Positions 29,512-40,203 of a DNA stretch of 64,000 nucleotides are shown in pieces. The DNA is from an uncultured delta proteobacterium (lineage in GTDB: Bacteria > Myxococcota_A > Polyangia > Fen-1088). The position numbers and the translations under genes were made by a program. The notes beneath the pieces were generated by a model. That model was not told the origin of the DNA, did not search any database, and worked only from the letters and a program-made list of their open reading frames with translations. The first letter of the stretch is position 1; each line of letters begins with the position of its first letter. Location of the stretch: contig CAWCMR010000025.1 of NCBI GenBank assembly GCA_963796685.1, positions 928,001 through 992,000 of the forward strand, in the 5' to 3' direction.

Positions 29512-31005
29512 CTAGTAGTACAGCTTGAAGTTGCCACTCACATGCAGCAACGAGAGCATGTACAGAACTCCGTTCCAGTAATCGTGGCTCGGAACGTTTG
29601 CCGACCAGATCTTATCGACGAAGGCTTTGCCGTCAGAAGCAGGCAAACCAAAGCCCAGGGTGGCATCACAGTAGGATGAGGGTGGGCCCGCGTTCTTCTC
29701 GTGTGCGGCAAACTTTGGCGCGTAGGTTTGGCTTTGCCAGGTATCCGCCTTGAAGAAGTTCCAGTCCATCATGATGTTCACGACGCAGCGAACCGAGTCA
29801 GAGTTGGCCCCCGCTGTCTGCCCCCCAGTCCAATTAGCCTGGTAGGGACATACGCCGTTGCCGTCAACGTCCTTGGGAAAGAACGCGCGACCATCCGTCA
29901 CAGCGGTGTTCCAGAAAGCGGCATTGGCGGTGTCGAAACAAGCCCAAACCTGGTAGAACGCCGGCAAAACGTACGACGGATCAGTGACGCCGGAGTTCGA
30001 GCCAAACTTCACGATGTTCGGGCTCGTGTGAAAGTACTTGGTCCGGATCACGTCGAGCACCCATTGTGCTTCGGTGGCGTACTTGATTTTGCCGGTATCG
30101 CCCCAACGAGTGTGCGCGAAAATGAGGGCCGTGGCGAAGTATTCCTCGCCGTCTGGTGCACCGCCGTTGTTACAGTTCCCTGACGTCGGGCAAGACCAGG
30201 CGATTTCACCGGTGCATTTGTCGACTGTACAACCCTTGGCCATGTGATTCCTTACCCAAGTCCAGATGCGGTCGAACTCTGTTTGATGGCCGAGCTGTAC
30301 GGCGATCGTCATGCCGTACGACATGCCTTCGGTGCGCACGTCTCCATTGTAGATGTCCTTGACGTAAGACTCGTCCGAACCCGGGCCATCATAGTAGATA
30401 GTGCCCGAGCCCGACGGGTTGAAGAGGGTGGACCAGGCAGTGCTGACCTTCTGGTCGCTATCTGCCTGCGTGTGCCCGGAGACAGTGACGAAGAGGTTGG
30501 CATAGCTCGTGGGTGCCGCGCAGGTTCCGGCGGTGCCGCCGCCGCCGCCGTCAACCGGCGGATTGACGACCGAGCCGCCCGCTGCGCTGCCGCCCGAGCC
30601 GCCCGCTGCGCTGCCGCCCGTGGCAAGACCCGCGGTCCCGCCCGCGCCGCGATCCACACCGCCGTCGGTCGGGCGCCCGCCCGTGGCCTCACCCCCGTCT
30701 TCCTTCCCCGAGCCCCCGGTCCCGGGGGTCACCGTCGATCCGCCTTGGCCCGACGAGCCGCCAGAGCCGGCTCCACCAGTCCCGGCTTTCGTGCCACCGG
30801 TGCTCGTGCCACCGGTGCCAGTGCTACCGCCCGTTCCTGGGGTTGAGGTCGACGCGTCAGCCCCGCCTGAGCCTGTGTCGTGCGAGCTCTTTCCCCCCTG
30901 TCCTCCCGACCCGCTTGGGTTCTTGGTGCCCCCGTCGGTTGAGCTGCATGCGACCAGAAGGGCGGCCACCGAAAGAACGGACAGGTGAAATGAGATGTTG
31001 CGCAA
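29512..31005 (-). CDS. GH8 glycoside hydrolase lipoprotein (Rex/xylanase-like)
   Basis: Lipobox LVAC, Gly-rich linker, 'DVRTEGMSYGM', 'APDGEEY', 'TDPSY'. Confidence 0.9.
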   Translation of the reverse strand: MRNISFHLSVLSVAALLVACSSTDGGTKNPSGSGGQGGKSSHDTGSGGADASTSTPGTGGSTGTGGTSTGGTKAGTGGAGSGGSSGQGGSTVTPGTGGSGKEDGGEATGGRPTDGGVDRGAGGTAGLATGGSAAGGSGGSAAGGSVVNPPVDGGGGGTAGTCAAPTSYANLFVTVSGHTQADSDQKVSTAWSTLFNPSGSGTIYYDGPGSDESYVKDIYNGDVRTEGMSYGMTIAVQLGHQTEFDRIWTWVRNHMAKGCTVDKCTGEIAWSCPTSGNCNNGGAPDGEEYFATALIFAHTRWGDTGKIKYATEAQWVLDVIRTKYFHTSPNIVKFGSNSGVTDPSYVLPAFYQVWACFDTANAAFWNTAVTDGRAFFPKDVDGNGVCPYQANWTGGQTAGANSDSVRCVVNIMMDWNFFKADTWQSQTYAPKFAAHEKNAGPPSSYCDATLGFGLPASDGKAFVDKIWSANVPSHDYWNGVLYMLSLLHVSGNFKLYY

Positions 31006-31522
31006 GACGAACTCCTTTCAAGTACGACAGACTGCCTTGAACCTGTGCGGCTTGCTCATAGTTTGTTCTATTTCTGCATGCCAAGGCTAGGTGAAAACCG
31101 TGCTCGACGCGTCGCAAGACAGCGAAAGGGGCGCTGACGAGAGCAGGAAGGCAGGAAGAACCGGGTAGGTGCGGCGGTGTAAGCTTGTTAGCAGCGGAGC
31201 AACTGGGCGATGCGCTCGTCGATCCAGCGGACTATGGGCGGGTCTCATGGTGGGCGTGGGCCTCACAAAATCCTGAGCCGTTTTCGCGCGAACCAGGCAT
31301 AGGATCAAGATCCAGCACGTCGAACAATCGAAGGCTGCACCGATGCGTACAAGGCTCGTTTTTCTTATTCTGACAATGATGGCCGCGTGTCGGGGGACCA
31401 GGGGGCGGGTGCTCCGCCCGCAAGACGCCGGTGGCGCAGCCGGTCCTCGACAGCCACCTATGTGGCGAACGGCCTTCTGATCGGCAGCACGCTCAAGTAG
31501 AGCGTGGGGTGGACAACTGCCC

Positions 31523-31687
31523 CAAGGAGATCGGCGACAAGCTCTATCCCGAGATCAAGCAGGACTACAACCACGTCGATGCCTGCACCATGTGGTTCGT
31601 CAAGCAGCCCGAATACTACGACGTCATCGTCACCGAGAACCTCTTCGGCGACATCATCACCGACCTCGCCGCCATCATCCAGGGCGG
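31523..31687 (+). pseudogene. leuB: Internal leuB fragment (matches 11628-11792)
   Basis: 165-bp near-identical copy encoding KEIGDK...AIIQGG. Confidence 0.92.
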
Positions 31688-31839
31688 TGTTGCAACGGCA
31701 CATGCACCAAGTGCATGGGCCCACCGCGCCTCATCGCGCTCTCTGGCTGTCCCTGAGGCGGCTGTGCGGCCGATCTCATTCCCTGCCCGAGGAGAAGCAC
31801 CTCGCCGGATCGTGGCGCGAGTCTACTGGTATCATACTG

Positions 31840-33528
31840 ATGATGCGCGTTGCGGTTGACTCTGTCTGGGTTCTGGCCCTGCTCTGCGGAGCGGGACTTG
31901 GTTGCGGGAGCAGTGCAGGTGGCTCCCTCGGGGATGCAGCTCAGCTCCTCGATGGCCCAACCTGGTCGGGCGGTTCTGGAGGCATGGGTGGCACGGGTGA
32001 CGCAGCCAAGGGCGGCGCCGGTGGCATGGGTGGCACGGGTGACGCAGCCAAGGGCGGCGCCGGTGGCGCGGATGCCTCGGTCCGCGACTCCTTCGGCGAT
32101 GTGGCGGATGTAGCGATCATGGGCACGCGCGACGGCGCCGACCTCGGCGGCGGTGCTGGCGACACGACCTGGGACGGTCCCCCGCCGGGCGGCCCCTTGT
32201 GCGGCGTCGAAACCGACAACGGCGTGCTCACGTCATCAACACTCTGCAAGGTCGCGCCACTCGATGCGATCCCGGTGTGCCAGGGCGCCGGTCCGTGTCC
32301 ATTCGGCACCACCGCCTACAAGCTCACCTGCGGCGGGTACGGGCCTTGGCTCGTTCCGGCCGGCACCGACGGCGCCTCGATCATGTTCTCCGACGCTAAC
32401 GGCCCCACCCACCTGTTCAGCCTCGCGCCGGGCGGGGCGAAGGTTGAAGACGTGCCGGCGTTGACCTCTGCCGCGAACGCGCTCGCGGTCGATCCCACGA
32501 CCGGCAACCGCACCATCTTCGCAGGGGAGATGCCAGGGATCTGGCGCGTACGCGAGACCGCCGCTGGCTGGCGGCGCGAGTCCGTCGTCGAGGGTAACGG
32601 GCCCGACCTCACTCTCGTCTCCGCCAAAGTCCTCGCCTCCGCCGCGCGGGTGCTAGACGCGGACCGGGCCATCGTCGCGTACTTCGCTCTCTCCGACTAC
32701 CAGCCGCGCCTCGCGGTCCGCGAGGCTGGTTGCTGGCGGACAACGCCGCTCTCGGAGGGACAGACCCCGACCGACATCAGCCTCGATCTCGATGCGACGA
32801 ATCGGCCGTGGACCACCTGGTACGAACGCGATACGAGCGGGATGATGGTCCGCATGGCCGGTCCTGACGGCACGACCTACCTGGCGTGGAAGTCGGCTTT
32901 GTACTCCCCGCTCGGGTGGTCGGATCCGCCGATCTTGCTGGCGGGCGGCTTGGCGGGGACGGCAGCGTACCCCGCGATCGTGATCCAGCGCGACGACGGT
33001 GTCCACGTGCTGGTCCCCGATGCGACCGCCGTGAGCTGGACGGACCGCATCCTCGACGGGACCGCCATCGCCCAGACGCCCGGTTGCCTGGCGCCGATCA
33101 GCATTGCCCCGGCCACGGGCTGCGACACGACGGTCCACTGCACGACGCAGACCGCGGGCTCCATCAGGGGCTTCGCGGCAGCGCGCGTCGCCTCGGGGCG
33201 CACGTACGTCGCCTGGGTCGCGATCGCAGGGCAGACGACCTTCGGCTACATGCCGCAGGACCCGCTTTTCTGCGAGACCCCGACCCACCCGGCCAAGTGC
33301 GGCTGCGACGTCACCAGCACGACCAGCAATACCATGTCGCTCGTGCTCACCCGCGCCGATACCGGCGCGGAGGCGATGCGCTTCGCGCTCGACAGTGGTC
33401 GCGCGGGTATCTATACGCCGCTCGGGCTCGCGGCGCGCAGCGACACCCTGCTGCTCGCCGTGTCCCCGCCCAACGCCACCACCGCCGAGTACCGCTACCT
33501 GGAGATCGACACGACCCGCCTGCCGTAA
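31840..33528 (+). CDS. Hypothetical lipoprotein
   Basis: Lipobox GLGC, Gly-rich linker, beta-rich body. Confidence 0.75.
   Translation: MMRVAVDSVWVLALLCGAGLGCGSSAGGSLGDAAQLLDGPTWSGGSGGMGGTGDAAKGGAGGMGGTGDAAKGGAGGADASVRDSFGDVADVAIMGTRDGADLGGGAGDTTWDGPPPGGPLCGVETDNGVLTSSTLCKVAPLDAIPVCQGAGPCPFGTTAYKLTCGGYGPWLVPAGTDGASIMFSDANGPTHLFSLAPGGAKVEDVPALTSAANALAVDPTTGNRTIFAGEMPGIWRVRETAAGWRRESVVEGNGPDLTLVSAKVLASAARVLDADRAIVAYFALSDYQPRLAVREAGCWRTTPLSEGQTPTDISLDLDATNRPWTTWYERDTSGMMVRMAGPDGTTYLAWKSALYSPLGWSDPPILLAGGLAGTAAYPAIVIQRDDGVHVLVPDATAVSWTDRILDGTAIAQTPGCLAPISIAPATGCDTTVHCTTQTAGSIRGFAAARVASGRTYVAWVAIAGQTTFGYMPQDPLFCETPTHPAKCGCDVTSTTSNTMSLVLTRADTGAEAMRFALDSGRAGIYTPLGLAARSDTLLLAVSPPNATTAEYRYLEIDTTRLP
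31981..32067 (+). repeat. 42-bp in-frame tandem duplication
   Basis: [14 protein letters not shown] encoded at 31981 and 32023. Confidence 0.9.
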
Positions 33529-33602
33529 TGAGCCGCGCGCACAACCGGTCTCGTAAGGCCCCACCGAGGTTGAGTCCGTAGCAAGTGCCAAGCAATCGAC
33601 AG

Positions 33603-34060
33603 CTATCGGAGAAACACTGCGCCGGAGGACGCCGGGAGCGAGAGCGACGTGACGGTTGCCGTGCCGAGGCTGCCGGTCGTCGTGCCGTCGCTCCCGACCG
33701 CGCCGCCGTTCCTCGGCGTCACCTGCTGCATGGCCGCTTCCAGCGTCACCGAGACCGCACTCGCGCAGGGATTGAGCAGGACCATGCCGCGGACGAAGTC
33801 GCGTCGGTAGATCCCCTGCCAGGCGAGTGCATCGACGGTCGTGGGCGGTGCTACCGGCGGGCCGAGGTCGAGAGTCCACTCGGGGTACCACTCGAGGGTG
33901 CTGGCGGCGAAGTAGAAGAGATAGCTGCGGCTGCCCTTGGTGAGGAGGTAGTTGGCGCGATAGTAGAGGCGCCGCTGCACGTCGCCCGGGCTACCGAGGT
34001 AGTTCTGCAGGATCACGATCTTCCCAGCGCCCGCGATGGCGCTGATCTGGTTGGTCGAGG
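33603..34060 (-). pseudogene. 3' fragment of a putative glycoside hydrolase
   Basis: 'WYPEWTLDLGPP...GIYRRDFVRGMVLLNP'; no 5' part. Confidence 0.55.
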
Positions 34061-34309
34061 TGCCCTAGGATAGTCGAGGAGAGCGGGGAATGCTCTGACG
34101 ACTGCTGGTCCCGGGAAACTGTTCCCGTCACCATGTGTACAGCAGGCGGGCGACGGCCGCGCCGCAGAACCATGCCTGTCGAGAGCCTCCGTGTCCGAAG
34201 TGGCGTCCACAGCGTGGCACGGGCCTGCGCACGTGTCGCATGTCTCCGCAGTCGCCGCTACCTCGCCAAAGGGACGCTGATTGGCCGGGTAGGCCGACAG
34301 GTGAATTGG

Positions 34310-35421
34310 CATCTTCGAGGGCGCCTGTGGAACCTCGGACCCGCAAAGCCTGGACGCTCGCGACACAGATGTCGCGAGCCCGTCGGGGATCGATGCATCG
34401 ATGGGGGGGGGCCGGGGATGGCGGACTGGGCAGCGAGCGTCCACGTGTGGGCACAATCCCCTGCGACCAGCAGCCGACGGAGGGCGAGGCCTGCGAGCCA
34501 CTGCCGGTGGGCTTCCACTGCCGACAAGGGTCTTGTTCCGGTGGCTGTTCTTCCGACTGCCGTTGTACCGAGGGGGCGTGGCATTGCGCTGTCCGGTGTG
34601 TTGACAACTCCTCACCTGTCCCCTTGGAGTGCGGCACGCCCCCGCTCTGTCGCGACCAGTGCCTCGAGGTAGCGATTCTCCCGGATGGAGGCATCGGCTC
34701 GGCGGATGGACCGATCACGATCGGCTATCGCTATTCGCTGCGCTTCACACCCCCGGACTCGACGACGCTTTGGGGAGACCAACCTCTTGCGGTGGTGATC
34801 GACAGCGGCCCCCAGCTCGACGAAACCTGGCTGTCCGACCTTGCCGCGCGGACGACGCTGCGCACGTGGCCCGAGTTGGACCTGGTAGCGGCCGACATCG
34901 TGCCACAAATGGTGCAGGATGCGTCTTACGCAAACGGAGCCAGGATCTCCGTCACGCCCCGTGCCCGGTTGGAGGATCGCTGGTATGCCATGCACATCAC
35001 CGCGCTTCCATTCTGGGTCACGGCCACGACATCCATTGCACCCGACGGGCCCGTCGTCTCCAGGTTCCGAACCGGGTCGGCACCGCAGGTGGCCTCGGTG
35101 ATCTTCGCAGGAGGCGCCACCAAGCACCGGCTCTATATCACGCCATCGGAATCGGTTGCGGCCAATGCCAGCCCGGCGCAGCTCATCCAGGTTCGGCAGG
35201 GTGGAGAGCTCGTCACCTGCTCGGATGTCGAGTTCACCTCTGGCCGGGCGTTGACCATCATCTCCCTCGACTGCCCCGGTCTGTCCGAGTTTCCCGACGA
35301 GATCTCGATCGCTGCGGGTTTCGCTTCCAGCACCGGGGCCGAGCTTCTGCCGATCGTGGTGGAGAAGGCCGGGCTGACCCTGACGTCGTGTGGACCATCG
35401 TGCGAGCAGGCGAACCTCTAA
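34310..35421 (+). CDS. Hypothetical Cys-containing secreted protein; 5' end damaged, frameshift at G-run ~34403
   Basis: Protein-like from 'GACGTSDPQ' through to the stop at 35421. Confidence 0.5.
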
Positions 35422-35787
35422 AGCCCATTCGCGCGTAGCAGTTGCCAGGGCCCAGCCCGGCTCCGCCCCCCGAGACACCCCAAGGTCTAGCGGTCTACAC
35501 TATGATGGCCGAGCATCCCTCGTGACCTTCCCCTTCGTCGAGCTCGCGCTCGTCCGACTCGCGTGAGATTGTAGCTCCCGGCGTCCACCAAGTGGTGGAG
35601 CATGGAGAAAAGTGGGCTTGTTCTTCCTTCGCTCCCGTCTACCGTGAACCCTTTGGGCACGAATGGCATCCCAACAACAACCCGTGGTCGGGGCGCTCCC
35701 CGACCAGGAGCGCCTGTCTCTGACAAATCCTCGATTCAGAATTTGCATTCGGGATGACTTAACTTGCTCTTCTCCAGAAGGAAACTG

Positions 35788-36930
35788 ATGATTTCAGCAT
35801 GCAAGGTTGCGTCGGGCTTCATTGGTTTCGTTGTGTTGGTGACGGTCGGATGCGGTAACGGCTCCTCGGGCGGTGGGACAGGCGGTGGCCCCGGCAGCGG
35901 TGGCGTGGGTGGGAGCGGAACATCGATGGATGCTGCTGTCGCGAGCACTGGCGGGTTGGGAGCCGGTGGGGGCGGTACCGCTGGAACGACGGGTGGACCA
36001 GACGGCGGCGAAAGCGTCGACTCCGGGTGCCCCGTGAGCCCAACGGTCCTTGCGTCCGGCCAATCTTCTCCCACGTCGATCGTGTCCGACGGCGCCAACG
36101 TGTACTGGACCAACACCGGCACGGTGCGCGGCGTGATGAAAGTCCCCGTGACCGGCGGCACACCCGTGGCGGTTGCGACCGGTCTCCGCCAACCCGGCTA
36201 TCTGGCGATCGACGCCACCAACGCGTACTGGACCGACGCCGCCAGCACTTTCCCGAACGGTACGATCCTCATGTCGTCCCCACTTGACGGGAGCGCTGCC
36301 GTCGACGGCGGAGCGCCGGCCGTCCTCGTGTCGAGCAATATCGCGCTCCAGCAGTTCGTCGTCGCCGGCGGAAACATTTATTACTTCAATGGTTCGACGC
36401 TGACCGTCATTACGACGGCCGGCGCCGCTGTAAAAACGCTGACCCCCTCCTCCACGAACGCGGTCAACGCCACCGCCGATGCGGCGAACCTCTACTGGAC
36501 CAACAACATGCAACAGGTCCTCATGATGCCCTTTTCGGGGACGACGGCGACCGTACTGACGACGCTCGTCGCTCCGGGGGATTTTCTCGGTGGCTCGCAA
36601 CCAATCTCCGTCGACGCGACCGGCGTCTACGTGCCCGCCAACCCAGGCGCGGGCGTCGACGCCGTGTTGAGCGTCCCCCTGGCGGGCGGAGCACCCACCA
36701 CCGTGGCAACCTTCGCCTCGGCGTACAACGGAGTTCCAGGCATCGTATCCGACGGGAAGAACGTCTACTGGGCGAACAACTTCGGGTTCGCGGTGATGCG
36801 CGCTCCCGTCACGGGCGGAAAGGCCGTCACCATTTCGTGTGACGTCGAGAAGCCAGAGGGCATCGCGCAGGACGCTACCCACGTCTATTGGACCACCGAG
36901 GGCGGGTCGGTGAAGGCGCTGTCAAAATGA
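35788..36930 (+). CDS. Beta-propeller lipoprotein (DUF5050-like YWT repeats)
   Basis: Lipobox TVGC; repeated 'DxxNVYWT' motifs. Confidence 0.8.
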   Translation: MISACKVASGFIGFVVLVTVGCGNGSSGGGTGGGPGSGGVGGSGTSMDAAVASTGGLGAGGGGTAGTTGGPDGGESVDSGCPVSPTVLASGQSSPTSIVSDGANVYWTNTGTVRGVMKVPVTGGTPVAVATGLRQPGYLAIDATNAYWTDAASTFPNGTILMSSPLDGSAAVDGGAPAVLVSSNIALQQFVVAGGNIYYFNGSTLTVITTAGAAVKTLTPSSTNAVNATADAANLYWTNNMQQVLMMPFSGTTATVLTTLVAPGDFLGGSQPISVDATGVYVPANPGAGVDAVLSVPLAGGAPTTVATFASAYNGVPGIVSDGKNVYWANNFGFAVMRAPVTGGKAVTISCDVEKPEGIAQDATHVYWTTEGGSVKALSK

Positions 36931-37067
36931 CTGTTGCTATTCTGCCGCCGGGGATGCGGTCGCCGAGCTTGACCATCTGGCTGCGCTCTCTCTTGAGGGC
37001 GAGCCGAGCCAGTACTGCGAGTGCCTGACATGGACGCCGTCGCTGAGAATTGTCGGCAGCGCACGGC

Positions 37068-37228
37068 GTGAGCGAGATCCCAATCAGTGTCTCCTTTCCG
37101 CAGCTCGAGCGCGAAGTGATCGAGCGCTGGACCCGCGAGCACACCTTCGAGCGCTCAATCGAAAAGCGTGCCAGCGGTCCCACCTACCGTGTTCTACAAC
37201 GGCCCGCCGTTCGCCATCGCTCTCCGCC
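37068..37228 (+). pseudogene. ileS: 5' fragment of isoleucyl-tRNA synthetase (type 2)
   Basis: 'SFPQLEREVIERW...FERSIEKR', then shifted 'VFYNGPPFA', corresponding to FYDGPPFA before the HIGH motif. Confidence 0.75.
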
Positions 37229-37249
37229 GAGCGACGTAGCAAGGTACCC

Positions 37250-37894
37250 TCGTAGGCCGACGCGGCCATCGACAAGCCGAATGGCAGCGGGGGCGCTGGT
37301 GGCAACGCGGACGGCGGTCGCAGCGGCACCGGCGGGAGCAGCAATCCCTCGACCTGCGGACACCCGGGCTCATCTTGTTGTCCCGGCAACAAGTGCTCCG
37401 GCAACGGCTGTTGCTACGACACCAAGTGCGTTGCCGAGAGCAGTGCCTGCACCAGCGCCACGGGCGGTAGTACGGGCAGCCCGGCCGGGATGTGCACGGC
37501 CGGGACGTGCTCGGGGTGCGGAGCCATGGGGCAGCCGTGCTGCGGGTCCTCGCAGACCTGCAACAACGGAATGCTCTGCTCGTCGGGCACCTGCACCACC
37601 TGCGGCGGGCTGGCCCAGCCGTGCTGTCCGTCGGCTACCGGCAGCAACGACGATCGGTGCGCGGCCGGGGCCAAGTGCAACGCGAGCACGGCCACCTCGA
37701 GCGGCTACTGCCAGGCTTGCGGCGGACCGAGCGAACCGTGTTGTCCGGGCAGCACGTGCAGCAACGGCGGCTGCTGCTTCGGCGGCACCTGCGTCGCCGA
37801 CGGCGCGGGTTGCCTGGCGGGCACCAGCTCCTCGCTCAACTACGGAATCTGCACGGACGGGCAGTGCGCGTGCGGCCAGACCTCGCCAGGTTGA
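37250..37894 (+). pseudogene. Fragment of a Cys-rich repeat protein
   Basis: Repeated 'CGxxxQPCC' units; no start or signal peptide. Confidence 0.6.
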
Positions 37895-37944
37895 GCCCCA
37901 CCATGCCATTCCCTGCCATACCGGCGGCACCACGAGTTAGTCCG

Positions 37945-38025
37945 CGGCCTTCATCGGTCGACTTGAAGTCGACGATGGCGACCTCACCGGTGTCGACGCG
38001 GCGAATGAGGTCGATCCGACCGCGG
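37945..38025 (-). pseudogene. PD-(D/E)XK nuclease fragment
   Basis: 'GRIDLIRRVDTGEVAIVDFKS', RecB-like motifs II-III. Confidence 0.55.
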
Positions 38026-39093
38026 TGCTGGCCTGGTCCGGGCTGGCTTCTCGACCACGGGAGGCTTTGACGGGGCCTTGAGCCCGTACGCCAGGCGAGC
38101 GGCATTCCCGGTGACCAAAGCCTTGAACGCCTGCGACTGAGCGCGCGCCACCCACGGGCTGGGTAGCGCCTCGATGGCCAGCCTCAGGCGTGAGGGCAGG
38201 TGGTCGAGCGTGCGACGGATGACGACGTCGGGGATGTTGAGGTACTTGCCGAGAGCTTCGAAGTCGCGCCGTTCGAGGCGGTTTTTCCTGCCATTGATGG
38301 GCAATGCGAGCTCTTCCGAGTCATCCACGAGCAAGCGGACAGGCAAAAGGTCGTAGGCGGGCGAGAGGACGACGCGCCCGGCATCTCGCACCAGCGTCCA
38401 GTTCTTGAGGTGCATGTCGGAGTTGCCGACCAGGAAGGCGAAGACGGTCACCTCCAGCAGGCGCAAAGCATCGTCTCCCGGGGCCGTCGCGAGATCGCGT
38501 ACGAGCTTTCCGGCCTTCTCCATGCTCGAGCGATACTTGTGCAAGGTGGGGAGGCCGGAGAGCTGGCACAGATCTTCGACGTGAATGCGACGAGCGCCAT
38601 CACGATCAAAGCGCCGCGTGATAAACGCCGGCTGCCCGGAGGACAGCGGGATCAAGCCGGCCTCCGCCGTGCGTAGGCCCGAAGCTCGAGCGAGCACCAT
38701 GGTCCAGTGTTCGAGCTCTGGCATGCCTGGATACTCGGGTGCGGGTGGCTTGAGGATGTGCGAGCCGCCCAAGGCTCCGACGATGGTCAATCGTCGATCA
38801 GAGTCGTTTCCCATGAAGGACAGCGACAGCTTGCGCTGGACACCGGTCAGCGCCCATCGCCGGTTCACCGTCTCGATGGCCAGTCTCTCGACGTCAGCCA
38901 AGCCCACGTCCAGCCTGGGGGGAGAGGCCGAGCCGTACAGCGCCTGCGAACAGGCTGCGTGCACGTTTCCACCCTTGCCATGGGGATCGTGGGAGGGCTT
39001 CGAGGACTTGCTGCGTGCGGGCTGAGCCGGACTGAGACCAGCTTCGCCATCGGTCGGCGGACGCAGGCAGATGGGGCAGGCGGGCTTCACCAT
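37984..39093 (-). CDS. HipA/HipT-like Ser/Thr kinase toxin
   Basis: 'LTGVQRKLS', 'ILKP', 'RRFDR', 'EDLCQ', 'GNSDMHLKN', 'LSPAYDL'. Confidence 0.92.
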   Translation of the reverse strand: MVKPACPICLRPPTDGEAGLSPAQPARSKSSKPSHDPHGKGGNVHAACSQALYGSASPPRLDVGLADVERLAIETVNRRWALTGVQRKLSLSFMGNDSDRRLTIVGALGGSHILKPPAPEYPGMPELEHWTMVLARASGLRTAEAGLIPLSSGQPAFITRRFDRDGARRIHVEDLCQLSGLPTLHKYRSSMEKAGKLVRDLATAPGDDALRLLEVTVFAFLVGNSDMHLKNWTLVRDAGRVVLSPAYDLLPVRLLVDDSEELALPINGRKNRLERRDFEALGKYLNIPDVVIRRTLDHLPSRLRLAIEALPSPWVARAQSQAFKALVTGNAARLAYGLKAPSKPPVVEKPARTRPAPRSDRPHSPRRHR

Positions 39094-39473
39094 GGCAGCA
39101 CGCGCACGGCTCCAATGCACTCAGAGCAGAGGTTGAGGAGCAACCCCACACGGTCGCGCGGGTCGAGCTTCCAGTTGCGTGTGGCGATGTCGAGTAGCCA
39201 GCCTTCAGGCACAAGCCCGTCGAAAAACGGGTGAAGCCCGATTGTCTCCACGGGCTCGACAGACAGGGGCAAGGTCAGCGAAACCGGCTCGGCACCCGGG
39301 CGTGCCAGGTACTCCGGCAGGTAGCGGAACACCACCGTGCCGTCAGGCTGCTCTTCGATCTCGCCGGCCGGGATGTCGCCGAACATCACCCGGCCGCGCC
39401 GCTCGACGACTGCCGGGGCGTGGTCCCCGCTTCGTCTTTTGTCAGTCCTCTTGCGGGTCGTGCGGGCCATCAC
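39087..39473 (-). CDS. HipA N-terminal-domain protein (HipS-like)
   Basis: 'VSLTLP', 'LHPFFDGLVPEGWL', 'CIGAV'. Confidence 0.9.
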   Translation of the reverse strand: MMARTTRKRTDKRRSGDHAPAVVERRGRVMFGDIPAGEIEEQPDGTVVFRYLPEYLARPGAEPVSLTLPLSVEPVETIGLHPFFDGLVPEGWLLDIATRNWKLDPRDRVGLLLNLCSECIGAVRVLPW

Positions 39474-39712
39474 CGTTCCCCCTTGGGACGCGCCACAACG
39501 CCTAGCCTGAGCCCGAAGTACGCCAGTACTTGTTCGACCCGATCCACCCGCAGGGTAGGCTTACCTCGCTCGAGCTCGCGCAGAAACCGAAGCCCCACAC
39601 CCACGCGCGCCGCGAGCTCGGCCTGTGTGTACCCGAGCTGACGCCGGTGCTCCCGCACCGTCCAGGCGATTTCGCCCACCTCAGATTTCAGCTGTTTCAG
39701 GCTGCGCCGCAT
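39470..39712 (-). CDS. HipB-like XRE HTH regulator (y4mF type)
   Basis: 'TQAELAARVGVGLRFLRELERGKPTLR'. Confidence 0.9.
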   Translation of the reverse strand: MRRSLKQLKSEVGEIAWTVREHRRQLGYTQAELAARVGVGLRFLRELERGKPTLRVDRVEQVLAYFGLRLGVVARPKGER

Positions 39713-39717
39713 TGAAG

Positions 39718-39811
39718 TACCCGTACGGGTATTATGCCAGGCATATGAAGGTAAGTCACCCCGATAGGGTATCAAAAGTGACACGCATGCTATTAGCTAA
39801 CCGATCGGGTA
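39718..39811. promoter_or_regulatory. Three palindromic operators for the hip operon
   Basis: TACCCGTACGGGTA (39718), ACCCCGATAGGGTA (39758), TAACCGATCGGGTA (39798); exact 40-bp spacing. Confidence 0.7.
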
Positions 39812-39852
39812 GCAAAGACTGTGGCTCGCGCCGCGACCCGGGTGCCCCGCGC

Positions 39853-39892
39853 GGTCGGCATCCTGCTCGAGATGCTGACCCTCGTGCACAAG
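39853..39892 (+). pseudogene. leuB: 40-bp chimeric leuB remnant
   Basis: GGTCGGCATCCTGCTC equals leuB 11271-11286; AGATGCTGACCCTCGTGCACAAG matches 11561-11583 at 22/23. Confidence 0.7.
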
Positions 39893-39945
39893 CTCCAACG
39901 ACCGTCCACCCGACACCGGCAGGGCAAGTCACATGGCAAGCAGAT

Positions 39946-40203
39946 TCACCGCCGGAACAAATCCGTGCGCGCCGTCTCCGTAATGGCGACAATCGCCGGG
40001 TGCTTCAGACGCCGTTCCACGGAGATAGCGTAGTAGCGCTCCCGAACGCCTTCGGCCAGTCCCAATGACACCACTCCGTACTGCCGGCTGACTTCCTTCT
40101 CGATGACCGAGGGAGCGGGGAAAAGTCCGACTCCGTCGTGCCCAAAGACGTTTAGCAGCGCGCCGTCCTCGAATTCGGCCACCACACGAGGTTTGATACC
40201 CAT
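39946..40203 (-). pseudogene. nhaR: 3' fragment of an NhaR-like LysR regulator
   Basis: 'VAEFEDGALL...YYAISVERRLKHPAIVAI'. Confidence 0.8.

Noticed and set aside
30540-30920. Gly/Ser/Thr-rich repeats (also 59560-60020)
   Set aside because: Ordinary myxobacterial linker regions.
15793-39811. Cross-regulation between hip operators and the 22-bp array (shared CCGATCGG)
   Set aside because: Outer bases differ and an 8-bp GC-rich palindrome is weak evidence.
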